Shown in pieces: positions 28,799-37,961 of a stretch of DNA of 64,000 nt. A program made the position numbers and the translations under genes. Source of the stretch: Bacteroidales bacterium (GTDB lineage Bacteria; Bacteroidota; Bacteroidia; Bacteroidales; JAHJDW01). The notes beneath the pieces were generated by a model. The model searched no databases. It was given only the letters and a program-made list of their open reading frames with translations, and was not told where the DNA came from. Positions within the stretch are counted from its first letter, which is position 1, and each line of letters opens with the position of its first letter. The stretch lies in the NCBI GenBank assembly GCA_041671145.1, contig JBAZBZ010000014.1, forward strand, positions 1,727 to 65,726, given 5' to 3'.

Positions 28799-28814
28799 TG
28801 TTTCACGTGAAACA
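28799..28814. promoter_or_regulatory. Perfect palindrome TGTTTCACGTGAAACA immediately 3' of mnmG
   Basis: 16-bp perfect palindrome. Its 14-bp core GTTTCACGTGAAAC recurs at 30702-30715. Confidence 0.3.
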
Positions 28815-28822
28815 GTTACTTT

Positions 28823-30694
28823 TTATTTTCCAAAATAAATCATCAACACCGAAATATCAGCAGGTGAAACCCCGCTAATTCTTGATGCTTGTCCAATTGT
28901 TCTTGGTTTTATTTTAATTAATTTCTCTCTTGCTTCAGACGATATAGATTTTATTGAAGCATAATCAAAATCTTTTCTTAATTCTATATTTTCAAATTTG
29001 CTTAGTTTATTTACAATTTCCTTTTCCTTTTCAATATATCCTTCATATTTTATTAATATTTCGGCTTCTTCAGCAATTTCATTTTTTTCTGATTTAATTT
29101 TATTAAAAAAATCCTTAATGGATTTTACATTATTAATTAAGTCAAAAATCGAAATTTGGGGACGTGAAATCAAATTTCTGATTTTTGTTTTTTGTTGAAT
29201 ATTTTGTGTTTTAAGTTTTGTTAATATCTTGTTAATTTGAACTGGCTCAATGCTTGTTTTTCCAAGATACTCAATTACAGAATTTATTTCTTTAGTTTTT
29301 CGTTCAAGAGCTTTTTTTCTTTTTTCTTCTATTAAACCTATTTCATAACCCATTGGTGTTAATCTTATATCAGCGTTATCCTGACGAAGCAATATTCTGT
29401 ATTCGGCTCTCGAAGTAAACATTCGGTATGGTTCATCCGTTCCTTTTGTAACTAAATCATCTATCAAAACCCCTATGTATGCATCAGCTCTTTTTAAAAT
29501 AAAAGGAGATAGGTTCTTTATTTTTCTATGTGCATTTATTCCAGCCATTAACCCCTGGCAAGCTGCTTCTTCATATCCTGTTGTTCCGTTAATTTGCCCT
29601 GCAAAATAAAGATTTTCTATTTTTTTTGTTTCGAGAGTTAAATCCAGTTGGGTTGGAGGGAAAAAGTCATATTCTATAGCATATCCCGGGCGAAATATAC
29701 TAACATTACTAAATCCTTTTATTTTTTTTAACGCTTCATATTGTATTTCTTCAGGAAGGGAAGATGAAAACCCGTTTAAATAATATTCATTTGTTGTCCA
29801 TCCTTCGGGTTCGACAAATAACTGGTGCCTGTTTTTATCAGAAAATCTTTCAATTTTATCTTCAATTGACGGACAATATCTTGGTCCTTTTCCTTTTATT
29901 CTACCTGAAAACAAAGGTGATTTATCAAAACCTTTCCGTAAAATATCATGTACTTCATCATTTGTATAAACCAGATAACAACTTCTTTGTTTTTTAAGTT
30001 CGGGTGTTTCTATAAAAGAAAATTTCTTTGGGTTTTCATCACCTTTTTGTTCAATCATTTTTTCAAAATCAATAGAGCGCCCATCAATTCTTGGTGATGT
30101 TCCTGTTTTCATTCTGTCACTTTTCAGTCCTATTTTATTAAGTTGTTGTGTCAACCCAATAGAACTTATTTCTCCTATTCTTCCACCCGAAAAATTATTT
30201 TCTCCAACAAATATTTTTCCGTTTAAAAATGTTCCTGTTGTAAGTATGATTGTTTTAGCTAAAATTTCTTTACCTGTGAGTGTTTTTATTCCAATTACTT
30301 TATCGTTTTTTATTAATAAATTTGTTGCAGTATCCTGTCTCATAAAAAGGGTAGAAATATTTTCAAGAATTTTCCGCCATTCTATCGAAAATAATACTCT
30401 GTCGCTTTGTGCTCTCGGGCTCCACATTGCCGGTCCTTTTGATTTATTTAACATTCTGAATTGTATCATTGTTCTGTCGGTTACAATTCCCGAATATCCG
30501 CCAAGAGCATCAATTTCTCTCACTATTTGTCCCTTTGCAATTCCACCCATTGCCGGATTACACGACATTTGGGCAAGATTTGTAAGATTCATTGAAATTA
30601 AAAGTGTATTTGAGCCAAGATTTGCAGCAGCAGCCGCAGCTTCGCATCCGGCGTGTCCTCCACCAACTACTATTACATCAAAATCATATTTCAT
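28823..30694 (-). CDS. mnmG: tRNA uridine 5-carboxymethylaminomethyl modification enzyme MnmG (GidA)
   Basis: N-terminal FAD motif VIVVGGGHAGCEAA, 623 aa, and conserved GidA blocks throughout. Confidence 0.95.
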   Translation of the reverse strand: MKYDFDVIVVGGGHAGCEAAAAAANLGSNTLLISMNLTNLAQMSCNPAMGGIAKGQIVREIDALGGYSGIVTDRTMIQFRMLNKSKGPAMWSPRAQSDRVLFSIEWRKILENISTLFMRQDTATNLLIKNDKVIGIKTLTGKEILAKTIILTTGTFLNGKIFVGENNFSGGRIGEISSIGLTQQLNKIGLKSDRMKTGTSPRIDGRSIDFEKMIEQKGDENPKKFSFIETPELKKQRSCYLVYTNDEVHDILRKGFDKSPLFSGRIKGKGPRYCPSIEDKIERFSDKNRHQLFVEPEGWTTNEYYLNGFSSSLPEEIQYEALKKIKGFSNVSIFRPGYAIEYDFFPPTQLDLTLETKKIENLYFAGQINGTTGYEEAACQGLMAGINAHRKIKNLSPFILKRADAYIGVLIDDLVTKGTDEPYRMFTSRAEYRILLRQDNADIRLTPMGYEIGLIEEKRKKALERKTKEINSVIEYLGKTSIEPVQINKILTKLKTQNIQQKTKIRNLISRPQISIFDLINNVKSIKDFFNKIKSEKNEIAEEAEILIKYEGYIEKEKEIVNKLSKFENIELRKDFDYASIKSISSEAREKLIKIKPRTIGQASRISGVSPADISVLMIYFGK

Positions 30695-31131
30695 TTTTTT
30701 CGTTTCACGTGAAACATTTTTAAATAGATATTTTCTTTTCTTGTCATTATTGTTTTGTCTTTTCTTGTTTTGTCTTTGTATCCAACAATATGAAGAATTC
30801 CGTGTATCATTACTCTATATAATTCTTTTTCAAAAAATACTTTATATTTTTTTGCATTTTCCTTTACTCTTTCAATACTAATATATATATCTGCTACGAG
30901 ATTATTCTTTCCACAATAATTTTCAAAAGTAATAATATCGGTAAGGGTCTTGTGTTTAAGAAATCTTGTATTCAGGTTCATTAAGTATTTATCGGAACAG
31001 AAAATAAAATTCACATTTCCATTAACAGGTTTTTCTTTTGAAAATATTTTTTCAAAATATTCTTTAAGGACATTTCTGTCTTTTATTCTAAAATTACTAT
31101 CCTCATTATAAAAATTTAAGCTCAATTCCAT
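30691..31131 (-). CDS. ybeY: rRNA maturation endoribonuclease YbeY
   Basis: The zinc-binding motif HGILHIVGYKD matches HGxLHLxGYDH; 146 aa. Confidence 0.9.
   Translation of the reverse strand: MELSLNFYNEDSNFRIKDRNVLKEYFEKIFSKEKPVNGNVNFIFCSDKYLMNLNTRFLKHKTLTDIITFENYCGKNNLVADIYISIERVKENAKKYKVFFEKELYRVMIHGILHIVGYKDKTRKDKTIMTRKENIYLKMFHVKRKK
30702..30715. promoter_or_regulatory. Second copy of palindrome GTTTCACGTGAAAC, 8 nt upstream of the mnmG start and inside the ybeY 3' end
   Basis: Identical 14-mer to 28800-28813. It overlaps the ybeY codons for FHVKR. Confidence 0.3.
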
Positions 31132-31228
31132 TTTGCAAAATTACAATTTTAAGTTTAATTATTACGTTTTTGTTTATATTCAAAAAGTACATAATTATAA
31201 GAGTTAATTATATTTAAAAAATAAAAAT

Positions 31229-31236
31229 TATATTTG
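31229..31236 (+). promoter_or_regulatory. Bacteroidota -7 box (TAnnTTTG)
   Basis: TATATTTG lies 31 nt upstream of the ATG at 31268. Confidence 0.4.
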
Positions 31237-31267
31237 CTTAATTTATAAATAAAACAAATTTACAGAA

Positions 31268-32704
31268 ATGTCATTATTTACACCCGGGCGTCGTTGGCAG
31301 CCACCATTTTATCCTTTTAAAAAAGAAACCAAAGGAAGAAGATTTCTTGCTTTTACCGAAAGAAAAATAAAAGGAGTTCTTTTCGGCTGCAGAATGTGCG
31401 GCAATTGCTTGTTGCAAGAAACAGCTTTTATCTGCCCAATGGAATGTCCAAAAGGTATGAGAAATGGTCCTTGCGGCGGATCTTCTGCAAAATCCTGTTA
31501 TGTTGACGAAACACGTCCATGTATCTGGTATAAAATTTATGAGAGAGCATTTAAAATGAACCGTGAGGATAAGCTGCTGGAAGTTCTTCCCCCTCTTGAT
31601 TGGGAAAAAGTTGGGACGGAAACATGGGGTGAAGTTTTTTCAAAAATCAAGCAATTTGGGACAAGTAAATTTATTTCATCTGTATTTTTTTCCAAAGATA
31701 TTGAAAAGAAAAAAAATATGTGGGATGCTGTTTTCAGGACTATACGTCAACCCGAATGGTGGAAAGGCGACTCGGAATATCATGCTCCGAAATATGATGA
31801 GTCGGCTTCGGAATTGGAACAACAATTAAAAGCAGGAAAGTTTGTAGTTACATCAGAAGTAACTCCTCCAATAAGCATTTCAACAAATAAACTTACAAAA
31901 GAGATTCAGCTTTTAAAGCCATTCGTAACATCAGTTAATTTCACCGATTCTTCATCTGCAACACCAAGCATGTCGAGCATTGCGTGCTGCAAAATTGCCA
32001 TTGATTGCGGTGCAGAGCCGGTACTGCAAATCGCCGCCCGCGATGCAACAAGAAGTTCGTTTCAGTCGCTTGCTATTGGTGCAAACGCTTTAGGTATAAA
32101 AAATATTTTATGTTTAACCGGCGATAGTGCGAAACAAGGTGCAGCCCCAAAAGGAAACATGAATATTGTTGATTTGGATTCGATACAGATGCTCTGGATA
32201 CTCAGAAGAATGCGGGATGAGGGAATTTATTTGCACGGAAAACAAATAAAATTTCCGCCAAAATTCTTTCTTGGAGCAGCAGCATCACCTTTTGCTTCTG
32301 AGCCGAAATTTCAGGCAATCAGAGAACATAAAAAGATTGATGCGGGTGCTCAGTTTTTCCAGACAAATATTATTTACAACCCAGATGGTCTTGAAACATG
32401 GGTAAATGAATTAACAAAAAGAGGAATTAGAAATAAAGTTTATATACTCGCTGGAATAACTCCTTTGAGAAGCTATAAGATGGCAATGTATCTTCATAAC
32501 AATGTTCCCGGAGTTACAATTCCCGAAAAATATCTGAAACGTATGGAAAATGCCGGCGATAAAGGAGAAGAAGAAGGCATTGCAATAACCGTAGAGCTTA
32601 TGAAAGAAATAAAAGCAAGAAAAATAGTTGATGGTTTTCATATTATGGCAATCGGCTGGGAAACAATGGTTCCAAAAATATTGACTGAAGCTGGATTGAG
32701 TTGA
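31268..32704 (+). CDS. Methylenetetrahydrofolate reductase fused to an N-terminal Cys-rich MTHFR_C-like (MetV-like) domain
   Basis: The N-terminus CRMCGNCLLQETAFICPMECPKGMRNGPCGG resembles the zinc-ribbon domain usually annotated as MTHFR C-terminal-like. The C-terminal ~290 aa carries MetF-type blocks (LQIAARD, NILCLTGD, GAQFFQTN). Confidence 0.65.
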   Translation: MSLFTPGRRWQPPFYPFKKETKGRRFLAFTERKIKGVLFGCRMCGNCLLQETAFICPMECPKGMRNGPCGGSSAKSCYVDETRPCIWYKIYERAFKMNREDKLLEVLPPLDWEKVGTETWGEVFSKIKQFGTSKFISSVFFSKDIEKKKNMWDAVFRTIRQPEWWKGDSEYHAPKYDESASELEQQLKAGKFVVTSEVTPPISISTNKLTKEIQLLKPFVTSVNFTDSSSATPSMSSIACCKIAIDCGAEPVLQIAARDATRSSFQSLAIGANALGIKNILCLTGDSAKQGAAPKGNMNIVDLDSIQMLWILRRMRDEGIYLHGKQIKFPPKFFLGAAASPFASEPKFQAIREHKKIDAGAQFFQTNIIYNPDGLETWVNELTKRGIRNKVYILAGITPLRSYKMAMYLHNNVPGVTIPEKYLKRMENAGDKGEEEGIAITVELMKEIKARKIVDGFHIMAIGWETMVPKILTEAGLS

Positions 32705-32731
32705 ATGAAAAATTAAAATTAGTAATGAAAG

Positions 32732-34270
32732 TTAATCCTTATTTTCAATTGTCTGAAAATTTTTTTTATCAAATTCAGGAGTAATTTTAACTCCGTTATA
32801 TTTTACTTCCACACCGTTTTCATAAGTTATTTTAAGAACAATAGTTCCGTCGTCATAATATTTTACCCAATCTCCGTTTTTTTTACCCATACTGAAATTT
32901 CCTCTTTCTTTTATTGTTCCATTATCGTAATAATAATAATGTTCCCCATCGGGAAAGCCGTCAATGAAGCTGCCTGTAAAAGCTATAGTTCCGTTGCTTT
33001 TAAATGTACCTTTCCATTCGCCAAACTTTAATCCTTCTTTGTAAACACCTGTTTCGATATAATCGCCTATATCATAACTCCACATTCCATCTTTTTTGCC
33101 GTCACTGTAACTTCCTTCGGCAATTACTTTACCTGAGTCGCTGTATTCTTTCATTAATCCTTCTTCTTTTCCGTTTTCAAAAATTTCTTCTCGTAAGAGA
33201 TTTCCGCTTGGATAATACCAATTCCATTTGCCTGTAAGTTTTCCGATAGACGTATATTCTCCTGTTTGCTCCGGTTTTCCGTTTCTAAAGTAAAATTTCC
33301 ATACTCCTGATTTTTTACCCATATCGTATTCGCCTTCTCCTTTTACTTCGCCTGTTTCGTAATATTCGTACCAATATCCTTGTTTTAAGCCGTCTTCTTC
33401 AACAATACCACTGCCAATTATCTTTCCGTCTTTATAAATTTTTGAGCCGATTATTTTTCCGTCTTCTGAATATTCGCGGCTTATTCCTTCGGGAGTATTA
33501 TATCTATAAGTAATCATTTTTTTTACATGCCCGTTTGAATAATATTCTTTTTTTATTTCTGTTTTTGCTACTTCTGTAACATTAATCAGCAAACTGTCAT
33601 TTTGATATTTTTCTATTTTCAGTAAATTTCCGTTTTCCGCAAACTCTTTATATATGCCGTTCTTTAAATCATTTTTATAAAAACATTCTATTTTAACATT
33701 ACCATTATCGTAATAGAACTGCCATTTATCTGTTTTCATTCCTTTATCGTCTCTTCTGTTTATTTCTTCCTGACTAACAATGAAACCTCCGCTATATTCT
33801 GTTATGGTTTTTACATTTCCCGATTCATCAAATTCCTTTGATATTCCATTTTCAACACCATCAATAAAATTTATTGTTTTTAAGAGTCGTTGGTTTACAT
33901 AATAATTTGTTACTCCACTTTTTTTGTCGTTCACATAATTTTCTTCTGTTTTTTGATTTTCAAAATAAGTTGTTTTGAAACCGTTTTTCTTATCTTCTTT
34001 GTAATTTAAACTTAATGATATATTTCCTTTTTCGTCATAAAATTTCCATAATCCGTCAAGTTGAAAATCTTTTCTATTTCCTTCAGATTTTATAACACTA
34101 TTTTCATAATATGTTTTCCAATATCCATCTGGCTTTCCTCCAACCAAAAATCCTTCACTTGATTTTTTCCCGCTCGGATAATAAAATACTTTTAATCCGC
34201 TTGTATCATTCTGAGCGGTAATTATCAAAGCTTTTAATATTAATAATATTAAAATTAATTTTCTTATCAT
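32732..34270 (-). CDS. Secreted MORN-variant / YwqK-family repeat protein (second paralog)
   Basis: Signal peptide plus repeated GxxxGxWKxYYxNG units. Its start overlaps the upstream nadA by 4 nt. Confidence 0.75.
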   Translation of the reverse strand: MIRKLILILLILKALIITAQNDTSGLKVFYYPSGKKSSEGFLVGGKPDGYWKTYYENSVIKSEGNRKDFQLDGLWKFYDEKGNISLSLNYKEDKKNGFKTTYFENQKTEENYVNDKKSGVTNYYVNQRLLKTINFIDGVENGISKEFDESGNVKTITEYSGGFIVSQEEINRRDDKGMKTDKWQFYYDNGNVKIECFYKNDLKNGIYKEFAENGNLLKIEKYQNDSLLINVTEVAKTEIKKEYYSNGHVKKMITYRYNTPEGISREYSEDGKIIGSKIYKDGKIIGSGIVEEDGLKQGYWYEYYETGEVKGEGEYDMGKKSGVWKFYFRNGKPEQTGEYTSIGKLTGKWNWYYPSGNLLREEIFENGKEEGLMKEYSDSGKVIAEGSYSDGKKDGMWSYDIGDYIETGVYKEGLKFGEWKGTFKSNGTIAFTGSFIDGFPDGEHYYYYDNGTIKERGNFSMGKKNGDWVKYYDDGTIVLKITYENGVEVKYNGVKITPEFDKKNFQTIENKD

Positions 34271-35187
34271 TTACCGGATATTTTAAGCATTCTGCGAATC
34301 GGTATTTCTGCTTTAATTCTTAATTCTTCATCAATAATTATCTCAGGTTTTTCGTTTTGTAAACATAAATATAATTTTTCAAGTGTATTTAATCTCATAA
34401 ATTTACATTCGCCGCAAGCACATTCGCTGTCATCAACCGGTGCAGATATAAATATTTTATCAGGTGATTCTTTTTTCATCTGATGTATAATTCCTGTTTC
34501 GGTTGCTACTATAAACTTCTTACTATCATTTTTTATTGTATAATTCAATAAAGAAGTTGTAGAGCCAATAAAATCGGCTATTTTTAAAAGAGGTTCTCTA
34601 CATTCGGGATGAGCTATCAATTTAGCATCTGGATTTTCTATTTTAAGTTTCATTATTTTTTCTAATGAATAAATTTCATGAACAATGCATGAGCCATCCC
34701 AAAGCACCATATTTCTTCCGGTAATATTGTTTACATAAGCGCCAAGATTTTTATCGGGTGCAAAAATTATTTTTTCATTTTTAGGAAAACTTTCAACTAT
34801 CGAAACAGCATTTGATGAAGTGCATATAACATCTGATAAAGCTTTTATTTCGGTACTGCAATTTATATAACTTATCACTTTATGTTCCGGATATTTATTT
34901 AAAAAAATTATAAAATCTTCTTTTTTACACAAATCAGATAATGAGCATCCCGCTTCTGTATCAGGTATCAAAACTTTTTTAAATGGATTTAAAATTTTTG
35001 CTACTTCCGCCATAAAATTTACTCCTGCAAAAACAATTATATCTGCATTTGTTTTTGCAGCTTGCTGCGATAGTGTTAAACTATCTCCTATAAAATCGGC
35101 TATGTCCTGTATTTCGGATTCCTGATAATAATGAGCCAAAATTACTGCATTTTTTTCTTTTCGCAATCTTTTAATTTCGTCAATCAT
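34267..35187 (-). CDS. nadA: Quinolinate synthase NadA
   Basis: AHYYQ, VNFMAE, conserved Cys ligands ([21 protein letters not shown]); 306 aa. Confidence 0.9.
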   Translation of the reverse strand: MIDEIKRLRKEKNAVILAHYYQESEIQDIADFIGDSLTLSQQAAKTNADIIVFAGVNFMAEVAKILNPFKKVLIPDTEAGCSLSDLCKKEDFIIFLNKYPEHKVISYINCSTEIKALSDVICTSSNAVSIVESFPKNEKIIFAPDKNLGAYVNNITGRNMVLWDGSCIVHEIYSLEKIMKLKIENPDAKLIAHPECREPLLKIADFIGSTTSLLNYTIKNDSKKFIVATETGIIHQMKKESPDKIFISAPVDDSECACGECKFMRLNTLEKLYLCLQNEKPEIIIDEELRIKAEIPIRRMLKISGK

Positions 35188-35294
35188 AAAAGTTATTAAG
35201 AAATATTAATCTTATATTTTTATATTTAGTAAATAATAAAACAATAATAATGCTTGTTAATTGTGTTTGAAAATAATCATTATAAAATTTGTTT

Positions 35295-35484
35295 TTTAAT
35301 CTTATCATTTTTTAATAACAATTTATATGTTTTATAAACATTCAAAAGTATTGAAAAAAGAGGATTTTTACTATTTATTAACATTATGTTTATATAAATT
35401 TTGTTTATAAAATAAAAAATAAAATTATAAATTTAATGTTAATAAACCAATAAAAAATTTGATGTAAAAAATGATAAGATTAAA
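35295..35484. repeat. Perfect 20-bp inverted repeat pair bracketing a 150-bp AT-rich segment (inverton or MITE candidate)
   Basis: TTTAATCTTATCATTTTTTA (35295-35314) is the exact reverse complement of TAAAAAATGATAAGATTAAA (35465-35484). Confidence 0.6.
35343..35350 (-). promoter_or_regulatory. -7 box (TAnnTTTG) pointing toward nadA, located inside the IR-bounded segment
   Basis: Plus-strand CAAAAGTA is TACTTTTG on the minus strand. It is the only such box I find between 35188 and 35623 in the nadA direction. Confidence 0.35.
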
Positions 35485-35623
35485 TAGTTTGCTTTAATTT
35501 TTTATTAAGAGAAATTAAAAACTGTTAATAAGTGAATAGTTTTTAAAAGTTATCACCATAAAGTAACTTTTAAAATGATAAAGTGTTAGTAACTGTTGAA
35601 ACAGTACTATTACCAATGATTTG

Positions 35624-36814
35624 CTAAGATAATTCCACGTCGAATTTTTCGTGCCATGGCAAACCGTGTTTATTAAGAGCATCTAAAAATGGGTCGGGGT
35701 CGAAGTTTTCAGTATTTAAAACACCTTTACCCTGCCATTTTCCGGTAAGATACATCATAGCACCTGTCATTGCAGGAACACCTGTAGTGTAAGATATTGC
35801 CTGTGATTTGGTTTCTTTGTAACATTCTGCATGGTCGCAGTTGTTGTAGATGAAATATTTTTTTTCTTTCCCTTCTTTAATTCCTTTAATAATACAGCCG
35901 ATGGAAGTTTTACCTTTATAATTTTCGCCAAGAGAAGAAGGTTCGGGCAAAAGAGCTTTAAGAAATTGAAGCGGAACTATTTCCATTCCATTATAGATAA
36001 CAGGTTTTATACTTGTTATGCCAACATTTTCGAGTACTCTGAGATGATTAATATAATTCTGAGAAAATGTCATCCAGAAACGTGCTCTTTTTAAAGTAGG
36101 AAAATTTTTTACAATTGATTCCAATTCTTCGTGAAATAACAAATAAGATTCTTTCGGACCTATTTCAGGATAATCGATAGGTTTATGAATTTCGAGAGGT
36201 TCAGTTTCAATCCATTTATCTTTTTCCCAGTATTTACCGCGCTGAGTAATTTCTCTGATATTTATTTCGGGATTAAAATTTGTTGCAAAAGATTTTCCAT
36301 GGTCGCCGGCATTGCAATCAACAATATCAAGATAGTGAAGTTCGTCAAAATGATGTTTTTTTGCGTAGGCAGTAAAAACTCCTGTTACTCCCGGGTCGAA
36401 GCCGCATCCGAGAATTGCAACTAAGCCTGCTTCTTTGAATTTATCGTTGTAAGCCCATTGCCACTTGTATTCAAATTTAGCAACATCTTTAGGTTCGTAG
36501 TTAGCCGTGTCAAGATAATTAACACCGGTTTGCAAACATGCATCCATTATTGTAAGGTCTTGATAAGGTAATGCAACATTAATTACAATATCGGGTTTAA
36601 ATTTATTAATTAGTGCGGCAAGTTCAGGAACATTGTCGGCATCAACTTTTGCGGTTTTTATTTTATTGCCTCCGATTTCAGTTGCAATATTCTGGCATTT
36701 GGAAAGTGTTCTGCTTGCCAGAAGAATTTCCGAAAAAACTTCAGGAATAGATGCACATTTGTAAGCAACAACTTTTCCTACGCCGCCGGCGCCTATTATC
36801 AATACTTTACTCAT
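35624..36814 (-). CDS. Saccharopine dehydrogenase family protein (carboxynorspermidine dehydrogenase-like)
   Basis: N-terminal Rossmann motif VLIIGAGGVGKVVA; 396 aa; conserved family blocks (ILGCGFDPGV, CDHAECYKE). Confidence 0.8.
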   Translation of the reverse strand: MSKVLIIGAGGVGKVVAYKCASIPEVFSEILLASRTLSKCQNIATEIGGNKIKTAKVDADNVPELAALINKFKPDIVINVALPYQDLTIMDACLQTGVNYLDTANYEPKDVAKFEYKWQWAYNDKFKEAGLVAILGCGFDPGVTGVFTAYAKKHHFDELHYLDIVDCNAGDHGKSFATNFNPEINIREITQRGKYWEKDKWIETEPLEIHKPIDYPEIGPKESYLLFHEELESIVKNFPTLKRARFWMTFSQNYINHLRVLENVGITSIKPVIYNGMEIVPLQFLKALLPEPSSLGENYKGKTSIGCIIKGIKEGKEKKYFIYNNCDHAECYKETKSQAISYTTGVPAMTGAMMYLTGKWQGKGVLNTENFDPDPFLDALNKHGLPWHEKFDVELS

Positions 36815-36869
36815 TTTGCTTCAGTGTTTAGTTTATACAAAACATTATAGAATAATTAAATTAAAAATT

Positions 36870-37070
36870 TTATTTATTTTGTTCTTTTTCCGTATTATTT
36901 TTAGTTGTATCCGATAATTGATTGTTTAAAGAGTTAGTGAGTGCATCAGCAGAAGAATCGGCATTTTTCTGAACTTTTTTTTCATCTGTTTTTTCTTTAT
37001 TACCTCCACATGAAACCACACATAACATTGACAAGATAGATAAACTTAAAATTATTTTTTTCATTAACAT
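36870..37070 (-). CDS. Small lipoprotein, hypothetical
   Basis: Lipobox LCVVSCGG, followed by a low-complexity polar tail. Confidence 0.45.
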   Translation of the reverse strand: MLMKKIILSLSILSMLCVVSCGGNKEKTDEKKVQKNADSSADALTNSLNNQLSDTTKNNTEKEQNK

Positions 37071-37117
37071 ATTTTTTAGGTTTTTTAATAAAATTATTTA
37101 TTGGAAACAAAAATATG

Positions 37118-37125
37118 TATATTTG
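37118..37125 (+). promoter_or_regulatory. Bacteroidota -7 box (TAnnTTTG)
   Basis: TATATTTG lies 28 nt upstream of the ATG at 37154. Confidence 0.45.
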
Positions 37126-37153
37126 AACAAATAAATAATAAAAATTTTAAAAT

Positions 37154-37726
37154 ATGATATTCGAATTACCGGAACTTCCTTTTGAAAATAATGTTTTTGA
37201 ACCTATTATTTCAAGCAGAACCATTGACTTCCATTACGGAAAGCATCATAGAACGTATGTGAATAATTTAAATAAACTTATTGCAGGCACCGAATTTGAA
37301 AATTCCACGCTTGAAGAAATAATAAAAAAAGCAAACGGAGGAATATTTAATAATGGTGCACAAGTGTGGAATCACACTTTCTATTGGGAAAGTATTACAT
37401 CCGATTTTGAAAAACCATCTGAAAAACTTATTGAACATATCAATAAAAATTTTGGTTCGTTTGATACATTTAAGGAAAAATTTATAAATGCAGCAACAAC
37501 GTTATTTGGCTCAGGCTGGGTATGGCTTGTAAAAAGACAGGATGGCAAACTTGAAATAATTCAGGAAAGCAATGCGGGGAATCCGCTGAGAAATGGATTA
37601 ACACCATTATTAACCTGCGATGTATGGGAACATGCTTATTATCTGGATTATCAAAATCGCCGCCCCGATTATGCAAATTCTTTTTTTGATATAATAAATT
37701 GGAAAGCAGTTGAAAAAAGGATTTAA
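37154..37726 (+). CDS. Fe/Mn superoxide dismutase
   Basis: LPELPF...HYGKHH...DVWEHAYYLDYQNRRPDY. Confidence 0.9.
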   Translation: MIFELPELPFENNVFEPIISSRTIDFHYGKHHRTYVNNLNKLIAGTEFENSTLEEIIKKANGGIFNNGAQVWNHTFYWESITSDFEKPSEKLIEHINKNFGSFDTFKEKFINAATTLFGSGWVWLVKRQDGKLEIIQESNAGNPLRNGLTPLLTCDVWEHAYYLDYQNRRPDYANSFFDIINWKAVEKRI

Positions 37727-37909
37727 ACTAAAAAACCGGTTTGATGAAAACATTACATTTATGTTTTATTAACGAGTACAAAAAGTTAATATCTTGTTAA
37801 AAAAAATGTAATTGCAACCCAACGTTTGAATACTCAATAGATACAACCGAAAAATCGAAAAAATAAATCAAAAAAAAATATTATTTTGTTTGTTTTATTT
37901 AAGATTTTA

Positions 37910-37917
37910 TATATTTG
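37910..37917 (+). promoter_or_regulatory. Bacteroidota -7 box (TAnnTTTG)
   Basis: TATATTTG lies 44 nt upstream of the ATG at 37962. Confidence 0.4.
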
Positions 37918-37961
37918 TGTCAGTTAAAAAAAAATAATAACATAAATAATTGTATAATCCT

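Noticed and set aside
30246-30881. 211-aa plus-strand ORF
   Set aside because: It is antisense to mnmG and ybeY and has no recognisable motifs. Both overlapped genes are strongly supported.
31136-31143. TAnnTTTG-like box (plus-strand CAAAATTA) immediately upstream of ybeY
   Set aside because: It ends only 4 nt from the annotated ATG, too close for the usual -7 box to transcription-start geometry unless the mRNA is leaderless. Not called.
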